Under the pieces are notes generated by a model. That model did no database searches. It saw only the letters and a list, made by a program, of their open reading frames with translations, and was not told the origin of the DNA. From positions 32,001 to 96,000 of IMG/VR virus record IMGVR_UViG_3300035181_001055: a DNA stretch of 64,000 bases; one strand, 5' to 3'. Shown one piece after another: positions 1 through 9,068 of the stretch. This DNA comes from a virus. Position 1 is the first letter of the stretch; the number at the start of each line of letters is the position of its first letter. The position numbers and the translations under genes are program-made.

Positions 1-2
1 GC

Positions 3-947
3 AACAAACAATTCGTGAATGCGATGCATCAGACTTATACCATAAGCTGCGTTTCAGAAGATTTCATGAAGAATCAAGGGACTCGCGTTCAGCAAAGCTA
101 TAAGAATAAGAGTCCAGATCAAATTTGCAGTTCAATGATAAGCGAGTATATAGGCGGATCAGTTGACACAGATGCTGCTGATAATCAAGTTAGCATTATA
201 ATAAGCAATCTTAGCCCATTTACTGCGGCACATCAACTTTGCAAGGTCGCAATATCGAATGGCGCAGCTGATATGATGTTTTTCATGCAAGACGACGGAA
301 AATATACTATGAAGAGCATAGAAAAGTTATATAATGAAGATTCTATGTTCAGATTCATAATGAGACCGAACCACAAGCGAGATGACGCGGGTAATCTAGA
401 AGAAGATTACAATCTGTGCATAACTAATTACCATTTTGAGCATTATGACGCCATGAGCAATATTAGTAGTGGGTTATATGCTAGCAAACTTGTTCAATTC
501 AACTTCATAGATAAGACATGGACTGAAGAGAAATTCAAATTCGGCGATGATGTGAGCGAAGATGCTGCAAAGAAACCATGGGAAAGTGATATGTTCGAAC
601 AAGAGAATTCTAATGTTTCATTTTTGCCAAAACACCCAGGATTGACCGATGACGGTGAAACTGTATTTGATAGCGCAAAAAATTGGTCTGGCAGTCGTAA
701 AAGTAGCCTTATGAAATTAGAGCAAGATAAGCTGATCATCCAGTTGCCAGGAGGTGTTAAGGGATGGAGAGCTCTGGGTCATACTATCGATATAGACTTA
801 CCTTCTCAGCAAGATTACCAAGACGAAGAACTCGATAAACAGTTCAAAGGTAAATATTTGGTAATCGCAATAAGTCATTATTTCGGTAAGCACGCTTACT
901 TTATAAATTACGAGCTTATCAAAAAACGCCATGAAGTGAAGATGTAA
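3..947 (+). CDS. Baseplate hub protein (gp27-like), 5'-truncated by window edge
   Basis: Frame is open upstream of the GTG at 15. It lies directly before gp5 with a TAATG overlap, and CVSEDF...QSY / LIIQLPG / KYLVIAISHYF segments resemble phage hub proteins. Confidence 0.5.
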   Translation, partial: NKQFVNAMHQTYTISCVSEDFMKNQGTRVQQSYKNKSPDQICSSMISEYIGGSVDTDAADNQVSIIISNLSPFTAAHQLCKVAISNGAADMMFFMQDDGKYTMKSIEKLYNEDSMFRFIMRPNHKRDDAGNLEEDYNLCITNYHFEHYDAMSNISSGLYASKLVQFNFIDKTWTEEKFKFGDDVSEDAAKKPWESDMFEQENSNVSFLPKHPGLTDDGETVFDSAKNWSGSRKSSLMKLEQDKLIIQLPGGVKGWRALGHTIDIDLPSQQDYQDEELDKQFKGKYLVIAISHYFGKHAYFINYELIKKRHEVKM

Positions 948-1882
948 TGAATAATCGTCAATTAAAGAATAATGCTTTTAGCTTCGGTGAATTTGTTTGG
1001 TGGATCGGAGTAGTAGAGGATAGAAAAGACCCCGAAAAACTAGGCAGACTTCGGGTTAGAATCTATGGGTACCACACCGCAGACACAGGCAAGATGCCGA
1101 AAGACGACCTTTTTTGGGCTATGCCTATGCAGCCTATCATAAGCTCAGCTATGAGCGGCATTGGTTTTAGCCCAACAGGAATCGTAGAAGGGACAACAGT
1201 CGTAGGATTCTTTGCTGATGGTCATTTTGCGCAACATCCAATCGTGATTGGAACGCTCGGAGGCAAGCCGCAAGAAAATCAATTAAACGGGGATGGGTTC
1301 AAAGACCCTAATGGCAAGTATCCTAAGTATCCTAAAGGCGAGCAAGATACTAATAGGCTCGCAAGAAATGAGAATATTTCTGAAACCATTGTTCAACAGA
1401 AAAAAGACTCAGTTGAAACTGCCGATGTTGCATTTGGCGGAACATGGAAAGAGCCAGAAACGCCTTATGCTGCAAAATACCCCTATAATCATGTCCGAGA
1501 AAGCGAAAGTGGTCATATCGAAGAATTTGATGATACTGAAGGCGCCGAGCGCATCCATAGATATCATAGAAAAGGCACTTTCGAAGAAGTTCATCCCGAC
1601 GGCACAGTTGTTCACAAAGTAGTAAAAGATCAGTATGAAGTCGTAATGGGCGACGATTACTTGCTCATAAAAGGAGATTGCAAAGTCAATATTGTTGGAA
1701 ATAGCAGTGTTTTGATAAATGGGGATTCCGATATTGAAATAAACGGAGATTGTAAAGAAACTATTCATGGCGATTACAAACTCACTGTTGATGGAGATTG
1801 GAATATCGAAGTTGGCGGAGACCAGACATCCGACACAAGCGGAACTGAAAAGAGGACAGCAAGTTTGATATTGCTGAACTGA
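947..1882 (+). CDS. gp5: Baseplate central spike gp5 (OB-fold + beta-helix, no lysozyme domain)
   Basis: WWIGVVEDRKDP.KLGRLRVRIYGYH, GTTVVGFFADG..AQHP and YPYNHVRESESGHIEEFDDTEGAERIHRYHRKGTF are gp5 signatures. Ends in VxGD beta-helix repeats and LILLN. Confidence 0.9.
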   Translation: MNNRQLKNNAFSFGEFVWWIGVVEDRKDPEKLGRLRVRIYGYHTADTGKMPKDDLFWAMPMQPIISSAMSGIGFSPTGIVEGTTVVGFFADGHFAQHPIVIGTLGGKPQENQLNGDGFKDPNGKYPKYPKGEQDTNRLARNENISETIVQQKKDSVETADVAFGGTWKEPETPYAAKYPYNHVRESESGHIEEFDDTEGAERIHRYHRKGTFEEVHPDGTVVHKVVKDQYEVVMGDDYLLIKGDCKVNIVGNSSVLINGDSDIEINGDCKETIHGDYKLTVDGDWNIEVGGDQTSDTSGTEKRTASLILLN

Positions 1883-1886
1883 ACAC

Positions 1887-1894
1887 CATAAATA
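1887..1894 (+). promoter_or_regulatory. T4-type late promoter variant CATAAATA
   Basis: One mismatch to TATAAATA, 32 nt upstream of the ATG at 1926, followed by an AGGAGG RBS. Confidence 0.55.
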
Positions 1895-1925
1895 TTTCAT
1901 CGCAACCAAATAAGGAGGCACATTT

Positions 1926-2354
1926 ATGCCAAGCGCAACAACAAGTAATTATCTTTACAACAAACAGATGAACTACCTGCTCAAAAATACATCATGGACG
2001 CCTCCTTCTTCTTTGTGGGTGGCTCTTTTCACAACCGTCCCGAGCCTGGATGGGACAGGGGGCGTTGAAGTTTCGACTTCAGGCACAAACTATGGACGAA
2101 TCGAAATCCAGGCTGCTAACGGGTGGCAAGGACCAAGCGGTTCAAACCAAGAGTATAGCAACATCTCGGATTTGACTTTTCAAGTGCCTACAGCGAACTG
2201 GGGAACCATCCAAGGCGCAGGTCTTTATGACGCGCAAACAGGCGGAAATTTGATGTATGTTGCTTATCTAACAACTGCAAAAGTCGTCAACAACGGCGAC
2301 GGCGCGCCGAAGATTCTAGCAGGACAGCTAAGAATTACGCGCGCGACCTGCTAA
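1926..2354 (+). CDS. Conserved phage virion/tail-associated protein
   Basis: Strong AGGAGG RBS. SNYL..K.MNYLL...P.SLWVALFT..P...G.EVS...Y.R...ITF..PTANWGTI...GLYDA.TGGN matches a widespread phage tail-associated family. Confidence 0.55.
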   Translation: MPSATTSNYLYNKQMNYLLKNTSWTPPSSLWVALFTTVPSLDGTGGVEVSTSGTNYGRIEIQAANGWQGPSGSNQEYSNISDLTFQVPTANWGTIQGAGLYDAQTGGNLMYVAYLTTAKVVNNGDGAPKILAGQLRITRATC

Positions 2355-2365
2355 CATAAGACTAA

Positions 2366-4210
2366 ATGGCTGGTTATAAACAAACCGTCATAAAAGACGG
2401 GGCTGCAGCGTTCTGGACATTTGACGGCGATATGGTTGATTCGGGGAGCAGAACGCTACTAGCAAATCCCCTCACAATCATCGATGAAATAGACAACCAG
2501 AATCCTGCGATATTGCATGTTCAGAGCGCTTCGGGTCCTCACGGATATCGAATGGGCATGCCTAGCATGATTCAACTAGAGCAGACGGATCAAGCTAGCA
2601 TTTGCTTTGGCTACTATGGGTATCAACCATCTAGTCCCGATTCAGGTTGGGCTAAAGCATTCTTAGAAGTTCCGCATACGAGCACATTTCAATTTCCTCA
2701 TTATGGAAGTTTTACAGTTGAATTCATGCTGCGAAAAGATCCAGAAGACGCATATGCTGCAACTCTCGGATATGATAATTACTCATTTTCACGCCCCATA
2801 CTAAAAAAAGATGGTGTTATAAACATTGATTACTATCTTGCATCAACATGGGAACCAACTGAATATTTCAGGTTCTGGTTTCCCAGTGGCCAGACGCGAA
2901 GCATAAATGCTAGTAGTGGTGGCTGGTTGAGCAGAAATATTCACGTTGTTGTTATTTGGTTGGTTGAGCCGTCAGATCAAGGCTCATATAAAGCAACTGA
3001 AAAAATATTTTTTGATTCTAGGCTTGTTCATACAGCAACAACTACATACTTCGATACATTCCCAAATACGAATATTGCCAGCTCCTGGGAAATTGGCGGA
3101 ACAATAAGCGCACCCACTAGCTTTTGGAATGACAGAAATACATCTCCACTTTATTTAGATCAAATTGCTGTTTATGACGTAGCATTGACATTGGATCAAG
3201 TTGGGAATCACTATAAAAAGATTTATCAATATGATAATATGATCGTAAATGACAGGTCAGTTGACTACTTCCCTATGGACGAGGACGATAGTTTAGTTGA
3301 CTGGACAATTCATAATAGCGCGGGCGGAGCTCCAGGCGAATATATTGGCGACATTCATACTATAAAAAGAGGGTTAGTCGGGCCAGATAATATTCCTTGG
3401 TCAAAATCACCTTACTTCATCGGAAAATCAATTGCATATTTCAGAAGAAATAACTCACCTACTGGATATCCCATTCCTTGGTTCGGGACGAACGGGGACT
3501 ACAGCATCGAATTTTGGTTCAATACACAATCAGCAGACAGAGGCGTTTTGTTCGCGATGCAGCAAGAAAGACCACCCTTCCAAGGTGTTCAGATTTCTAT
3601 AAATTGGGCGAATGGAAATTACAAGAATGGTGCAATCGAATTTAGAGAAAGCGAAAATTTCAATATAATCTCATTAGATCAAGACGAGAATCATATACCT
3701 TATAGATTCAATGACGGTAAATGGCATCACATAGTTGTTCAAAGAGAAGGTACTACATTGAGGTTATGGATTGATAGCATTTTACATGGTGAACTTGACA
3801 ATATCCCCTCTTATGGTGTAGACGTTTCAGGCGTAATGTACTTGCTAGGAAGCAAACCAGGTGATCTATACGTCAATGGATACGCGTGTAAATTTGCTCG
3901 ATACGGATATGCTTTGCAAGAGCAACAAATAAAAGCGCATTATACTTACTCAATCATATTCAAAATTAGAGGGCAAGTTACTTTACAAGGCGTCCCGACA
4001 CAAGCAACGATTAGAGTTTATAAGAATTATACAGGCGAATTAATAAGAGAAATTGAAAGCGACAGTCAAACAGGTAACTATGAGTTAGATTTATTAAATA
4101 ATAGCAAGATTGACTTACTAGTGTTTAATAAAAATGACAGAAGTGTTCGTTATAGAGCTTATGGACCTATAACGCCTAGCGAGTATGATGATATTGCAAT
4201 TCTTGTCTGA
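2366..4210 (+). CDS. Tandem LamG/concanavalin A-like lectin virion protein with C-terminal beta-sandwich
   Basis: Two LamG-like repeats (FTVEFML...LDQIAVYDVALT..QV..HY; YSIEFWFNT...FNDGKWHHIVVQREGTTLRLWID) and a C-terminal RGQVTLQGVP...RVY...GELI.E.ESD..TGNY domain. Confidence 0.7.
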   Translation: MAGYKQTVIKDGAAAFWTFDGDMVDSGSRTLLANPLTIIDEIDNQNPAILHVQSASGPHGYRMGMPSMIQLEQTDQASICFGYYGYQPSSPDSGWAKAFLEVPHTSTFQFPHYGSFTVEFMLRKDPEDAYAATLGYDNYSFSRPILKKDGVINIDYYLASTWEPTEYFRFWFPSGQTRSINASSGGWLSRNIHVVVIWLVEPSDQGSYKATEKIFFDSRLVHTATTTYFDTFPNTNIASSWEIGGTISAPTSFWNDRNTSPLYLDQIAVYDVALTLDQVGNHYKKIYQYDNMIVNDRSVDYFPMDEDDSLVDWTIHNSAGGAPGEYIGDIHTIKRGLVGPDNIPWSKSPYFIGKSIAYFRRNNSPTGYPIPWFGTNGDYSIEFWFNTQSADRGVLFAMQQERPPFQGVQISINWANGNYKNGAIEFRESENFNIISLDQDENHIPYRFNDGKWHHIVVQREGTTLRLWIDSILHGELDNIPSYGVDVSGVMYLLGSKPGDLYVNGYACKFARYGYALQEQQIKAHYTYSIIFKIRGQVTLQGVPTQATIRVYKNYTGELIREIESDSQTGNYELDLLNNSKIDLLVFNKNDRSVRYRAYGPITPSEYDDIAILV

Positions 4211-4325
4211 GTAGAGAGCCTGGAGATGAGAAGGAGATGGCAAGCTATTCAAATAATTACATTGCCGCTCCTTCTAAAAGTAGCTATGAATTAGAACATA
4301 ATAGAAGAATCAAGTCAATTCATAT

Positions 4326-4369
4326 AAACCAGCACATGATGCTTATAGCTCAGTGCTGGTTTTATTTTG
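4326..4369 (+). terminator. Putative intrinsic terminator / long hairpin
   Basis: AAACCAGCAC (4326-4335) pairs with GTGCTGGTTT (4353-4362), followed by TATTTTG. Confidence 0.4.
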
Positions 4370-4402
4370 CTCATGAATTTAAGGGAAAACTAGCCAACTG
4401 AT

Positions 4403-6778
4403 ATGGCATCACAGAATTACACGCCTTCAGCTAACATATCTATTGACTTCAACTGTCAATACAACCCTCCTGTGGGTCTTGTTAGCGTCGATTTCCCAGA
4501 TACGCCTTGCCCCGATCTCGGCGTCATCGGATTCAATGAAGGCTCAGTTATATCGTTTGATTTATCATTTGACAGCTCATATGATGCTAATTCAGGCGAA
4601 TCTTCATTCGTCGAAGTCAACACTTATGCTATTCTTGGCAATTTTAACGGCCAAGATGGTCAAGCACAAATTGTAGACAATCTAGTTATTAGCGTTACTT
4701 TCGACTTGTCTGCAAATGAGGGGGCATCTCTCGATGTAACTATTTCGATTCCACCTTCGGCATACATTGACGCCAACTTTATAGCAGGCGAAAATAATTA
4801 TGCTGATTTGTTGAAATCAACTCTCTTAGCCCCAGACATCCAAAGTGGGGAAGAGTTAACTGTCGTATTCAACACTAATCCGTCCATTGATTTGGGGACA
4901 ATACCCGCATTCAATGGAGAAATTCTCGACGCAAATGTTTATACGTATGCGTTGTTCTACGGCGTCTCTTTAAGCGGAGAAAACTCGCTTGTCGATTTAG
5001 AAGTCGGCGAACCTGGCTTGATATCATCAGACGCATTCGGAGGTGAATGTCATTACTCAGACATTCTAACCGACCCGAGGGTTATTCTAGATAATCTCGG
5101 AGGCGAAAATCTTCTAGCAGATGTTGCTACATCCCCTTCATTCGATTTATCTGCAATCAGCGCCAGATCGGGAGAAATTCTCGAAAGCGTCGATCTAGTA
5201 ACGTATCGCCTTTTCGTCTTAGATTATTTTGCAGGCGAAAATGCAAGTTTCGACATAACTTACATTCAGAATAGTGGGTCGCCTAGCGACGATTTTAGCG
5301 GAGAAACTCTAAGCGCATCGCTCAGTACAACCGATGCTTTGCCGTTCATATCCTATAGCGGCGAAACAGGATCATCAAATTTAAGCACTTCTTATCTGCT
5401 TGATTTCGATGCATATGATGGAAATTCTATTTCTCTTGATATTCAGCTTTTTGCGCCAATTCATTTTGACGCAAGCGGATATTCGGGTGAAATTGTTACC
5501 GTACCGTATATAAACTACTCCACCAATCTAGGCGAATTCGCTTACAGCGGTGAAGTATATTACTGGGATTTAGCGACATATCCAGCAACCGCGCTCCTTT
5601 TTAATTCGAACTCGGGCGATAATGCATCCGCATCTATACAGACATCCGAGCAGATCGGCAGTTTTAACACACAAGATGGACAATCAGTATCAATCGACCA
5701 TCTCGATTCTCTAGAAAACTACAGATTCCCATCAGGTGAGAATCTACTGCTGACTCTTAACACGGAAGTAGTTTTCGAATTGGCGCCGCTTTCAGGCGAA
5801 AATTTAATCCCATCGTTGGAGACGAGGCCGAGTGAAGGTATAGGGAGATTGTTGCCTCTCTCAGGCGAGACGATCACGATTGATGCGCTTAAAACGATTC
5901 AGCATCATAATCTTTATGTAGTGTTCTGGCATGACACATATGTTCAAGTTGATATTGACAGCCAAACATATTTTGACCTTACTGTCGATTCTTGCTGCGG
6001 CGGTCCTAGAGCTCTTAAGGCACAAGAATTTAGAATCGAAATGGACTTTGCTGAGTATCCAGACCAAGTCCATTTCGGCGATCATACAGTATTCCATGTA
6101 GAACTAAGCTGCAGACCCAGGTTCCAGATTGATTTTATAAGCGGCGAAAATTTCAAAACATTTGACAATGTCGTTTATATCGCACAAGATGATTATGATA
6201 ACCCGCAAATGTATTTCAGAAGTGCAGAATCGTTTGCGCTTGTTTCGTTCGAGAGCAAATTCATTCATCGCCTATGTAAGGGATTTTTCATCCCTAATGG
6301 AAACAATATTCAAGTTGAGCTCATGGACGTTCTTGATGAAAGCTGCTATGTCGATCGAATTTATACAGGCGAGAAATTCAGCACAGTTCTGTGCATTACT
6401 TGCAACGCCAGACATATAAATTACTCAGGAGAGACTCTGCTTTTTGACTTCGTTATCGATAGATGGGAGCTATACGCGGTGGGCGGCGAAAGACTTGATT
6501 TTTCTCTTTCGACTACAGTTAGCCTCAAAGGTCTAAATCCTTCAGGCGGATCAAATGTATTTGTTAAGTTCTACGAGCCAGATTGGATAGGCGCTGGCGG
6601 CGAGATTGCAACAGTTTCTTTAGAGCTCGACGTTCAAGTTGAATTCGTCGATGACGGTTGCCTTGAAAATGAATACATATACATGAATGCTGATGGCGAT
6701 CCAATACCTGAAAAATTCACACCAGTACCGATTGAACTGTATCCGTATCAACATGATATAAAAGCAAGGTGTTTCTGA
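4403..6778 (+). CDS. Acidic repeat-rich virion structural protein (~22-aa xSGE repeats)
   Basis: 791-aa ORF with more than 20 recurring (S/A/G)GE/DG turn motifs, inside the tail module. Confidence 0.55.
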   Translation: MASQNYTPSANISIDFNCQYNPPVGLVSVDFPDTPCPDLGVIGFNEGSVISFDLSFDSSYDANSGESSFVEVNTYAILGNFNGQDGQAQIVDNLVISVTFDLSANEGASLDVTISIPPSAYIDANFIAGENNYADLLKSTLLAPDIQSGEELTVVFNTNPSIDLGTIPAFNGEILDANVYTYALFYGVSLSGENSLVDLEVGEPGLISSDAFGGECHYSDILTDPRVILDNLGGENLLADVATSPSFDLSAISARSGEILESVDLVTYRLFVLDYFAGENASFDITYIQNSGSPSDDFSGETLSASLSTTDALPFISYSGETGSSNLSTSYLLDFDAYDGNSISLDIQLFAPIHFDASGYSGEIVTVPYINYSTNLGEFAYSGEVYYWDLATYPATALLFNSNSGDNASASIQTSEQIGSFNTQDGQSVSIDHLDSLENYRFPSGENLLLTLNTEVVFELAPLSGENLIPSLETRPSEGIGRLLPLSGETITIDALKTIQHHNLYVVFWHDTYVQVDIDSQTYFDLTVDSCCGGPRALKAQEFRIEMDFAEYPDQVHFGDHTVFHVELSCRPRFQIDFISGENFKTFDNVVYIAQDDYDNPQMYFRSAESFALVSFESKFIHRLCKGFFIPNGNNIQVELMDVLDESCYVDRIYTGEKFSTVLCITCNARHINYSGETLLFDFVIDRWELYAVGGERLDFSLSTTVSLKGLNPSGGSNVFVKFYEPDWIGAGGEIATVSLELDVQVEFVDDGCLENEYIYMNADGDPIPEKFTPVPIELYPYQHDIKARCF

Positions 6779-8157
6779 TGGCAACATGCTACGAAGAAAT
6801 TTCTAATTTACTTACAACTAAATCGATTGATGATATCGATCAGATATTTCCGAATACAAGGACCAATTTTTCGATTGGGGCTGGTAACAAGCACATTTTT
6901 GTTTTCAAAACATCTAAACAAGATACGGTAAAATTTTCAACTGAGCTATATCCGTCAGGATCAAATACCAGCATAAAAATGATAATTAACATTTTTTCAT
7001 ATGATGAAAACACGAAGTCTCTAATTGATCTAGGATCAACTCTCATTGAAGAGATGTTTCAAGATTTTCAAAAAGACTTAACGGCTGGCACATTCTTTAT
7101 GTGTGTCACAAATTATTTCTCAACCATTGATGCGTATATAACTGGAATATTTTCAGGATTTGAGTCATGGGCTAAAATATCAGCAGTTTTCAGCGAAGGA
7201 TCATCCGTAATAACTACGGTTACACAAAAAAGACCCGAAAGAGTTTGCACTCGACCAATTTTCTATGATTTGATTGATGGCAACTTGCCGCCAGGAATCT
7301 CTCTTCTGAGTACTGGCAGACTTTATGGCACATTGCCTAATCTAGACTGCTGCGATGAAAACGCTAATTTGAGCCCTAGCGCAGATTGGTTTGGACAATA
7401 TCCGACAGGAGAGTGGCATCCATGGGGAAGACAATGGCGCTTCAAAGTTAGAATCACATTGCCTGGATTCCCATTAGCTATTGATGAAAGATGGTTCTGT
7501 ATACGTGTTTATAACAACTGGGATATTGAAAAAGAAAATTTTAAGAAACAGTTGCCATTTAGCAAAACATATGATGTTATAGTTGAGCCTGAAAATGATA
7601 TTGTGTTGGAGAGTCAATGCTTAGAATGCGATATAAAGACGCCTTCAGCAGAGAGAAAAATAATTGAATTGAAGGCTCTATGCGATCCATGCAATCCTGG
7701 ATCGCCTGATGACGCATCATTAGCCACGGGGCTGCAAATACCAGATAAAGATTATGACGAGAGAAATGACGCACAGACTATCAAGATACCTAACGGAATT
7801 GATGTCTCTTCAGATAATCTGATTTCATGGTATATGAAAACAGCACAGAAGAGCCAAAAAGAAATAGACACGCCAACTAAAGAGCTTATGAAAAAGCTCA
7901 TAAATAGTAGAATTTTCATAAATCTTCTTATAAAGAAAAGAATAATAGAAGCAGATTCTGATAAGCTAACTAGACTCGAAAATGTTAGAATCACTTTGCG
8001 AGACAATAAAGGACGCATACAATTGCGTCAGAGCGTTCTATTAGACGGGAGAAACAAGTCTGATATTGATTATGAATTTCTTATGAACGTGAATAAGTTA
8101 AATCAATCGTTGCCTATGGAATTCATTATCTTCTCAGGGGAGTATTCGTGCATATGA
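6778..8157 (+). CDS. Virion protein with putative Ig-like (He_PIG-type) segment
   Basis: YDLIDGNLPPGISLLSTGRLYGT resembles putative-Ig repeats. The ATG overlaps the upstream TGA. Confidence 0.5.
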   Translation: MATCYEEISNLLTTKSIDDIDQIFPNTRTNFSIGAGNKHIFVFKTSKQDTVKFSTELYPSGSNTSIKMIINIFSYDENTKSLIDLGSTLIEEMFQDFQKDLTAGTFFMCVTNYFSTIDAYITGIFSGFESWAKISAVFSEGSSVITTVTQKRPERVCTRPIFYDLIDGNLPPGISLLSTGRLYGTLPNLDCCDENANLSPSADWFGQYPTGEWHPWGRQWRFKVRITLPGFPLAIDERWFCIRVYNNWDIEKENFKKQLPFSKTYDVIVEPENDIVLESQCLECDIKTPSAERKIIELKALCDPCNPGSPDDASLATGLQIPDKDYDERNDAQTIKIPNGIDVSSDNLISWYMKTAQKSQKEIDTPTKELMKKLINSRIFINLLIKKRIIEADSDKLTRLENVRITLRDNKGRIQLRQSVLLDGRNKSDIDYEFLMNVNKLNQSLPMEFIIFSGEYSCI

Positions 8158-8369
8158 GCTTAAAAGATGAGTGCAAACCATGCACAACTGAAAAAATCAC
8201 AAAAGAATATAAAGAGTTGCCGACGTCTCTTTGTTGCGCGGACGATAAGAAAAATATACAACCAAGTAAACCCGCAATCAAAAAGAAAACTATATATTGC
8301 CTTAGAACATATGTAAGAAATATAACAAATCAGAAGTATTGCTTAGTTCCTCCTCGAGGATGCATATAA
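8148..8369 (+). CDS. Small Cys-rich hypothetical protein
   Basis: 73-aa ORF overlapping the upstream stop, with 7 Cys. Confidence 0.45.
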   Translation: MHMSLKDECKPCTTEKITKEYKELPTSLCCADDKKNIQPSKPAIKKKTIYCLRTYVRNITNQKYCLVPPRGCI

Positions 8370-8372
8370 ATA
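8365..8372 (+). promoter_or_regulatory. T4 late promoter TATAAATA
   Basis: Exact consensus 20 nt upstream of the PAAR start, with an AAGGAG RBS. Confidence 0.8.
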
Positions 8373-8391
8373 TGAGATAAAGGAGAAAAAG

Positions 8392-8679
8392 ATGGGAATG
8401 CCAGCATGTAGACTCGGCGACATTTGTACAGGACATGGATGTTTTCCGCCTCGCCCTTGTATAAGCGGGAGCGAAAACGTCTTAGTTAACGGCAGACCTC
8501 AGCATAGAGTCGGCGACGCATGGGCTGCTCATTGTTGCCTTCTCTGCCACCCAGGAGCTCTCGCTTCAGGGAGCTCAACAGTAATTGTAAATGGTTTAGG
8601 CGCAGGAAGAATCGGTGACCCTGTTTCATGCGGAAGCATAGTAATGACTGGGTCTGAAAATGTTATCATAGGTGGATAA
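8392..8679 (+). CDS. PAAR spike-tip protein (gp5.4-like)
   Basis: PACRLGD.CTGHGCFPPRP..SGS.NV.VNG.P.HRVGD.W..H...H.G.LASGS.TV.VNG...GRIGDPVSCGS are classic PAAR repeats. Confidence 0.95.
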   Translation: MGMPACRLGDICTGHGCFPPRPCISGSENVLVNGRPQHRVGDAWAAHCCLLCHPGALASGSSTVIVNGLGAGRIGDPVSCGSIVMTGSENVIIGG

Positions 8680-9068
8680 TGGAAGAAATCATTCTTTATA
8701 AAGACCTAGATCTTTCTTTAGTTCCTCATCCTTTAACAGGGGATATCTATCCAAAGACGAACGCCGATGCTGTTAAAAGAGCACTACTTCATTTGATGTC
8801 TTGGGAAAAATGGGACGTCCCATTCTCATCTATGCACCACAATCATTTAAGAGAAGATCTCTTCGATCTTCCGAGCAATCCAGTCAAATCAAGCATCCGC
8901 TCTAAAATTGAATGGCTTATAAAGACATTCGAGCCAAGGGTTAAAATTAGTGAAATAGATGTTGAATTATCACAAGATGAAACTTCTTATGTAATAACCA
9001 TAATGTACATAATCCAAAGTTTGCTGATCAATGATAACATTAGCTTCTACATTCAGAGAGTCAGGTAA
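8679..9068 (+). CDS. gp25: Baseplate wedge subunit gp25
   Basis: YKDLDLSL..HPLTGD...NADAVKRAL and IEWLIKTFEPRVKI match the GPW/gp25 family. Confidence 0.9.
   Translation: MEEIILYKDLDLSLVPHPLTGDIYPKTNADAVKRALLHLMSWEKWDVPFSSMHHNHLREDLFDLPSNPVKSSIRSKIEWLIKTFEPRVKISEIDVELSQDETSYVITIMYIIQSLLINDNISFYIQRVR

Noticed and set aside
4237-4401. Possible 54-codon ORF (MASYSNNY...) before the repeat protein
   Set aside because: The AAGGAG sits directly against the ATG with no spacing, and the ORF spans a terminator-like hairpin. It cannot be supported.
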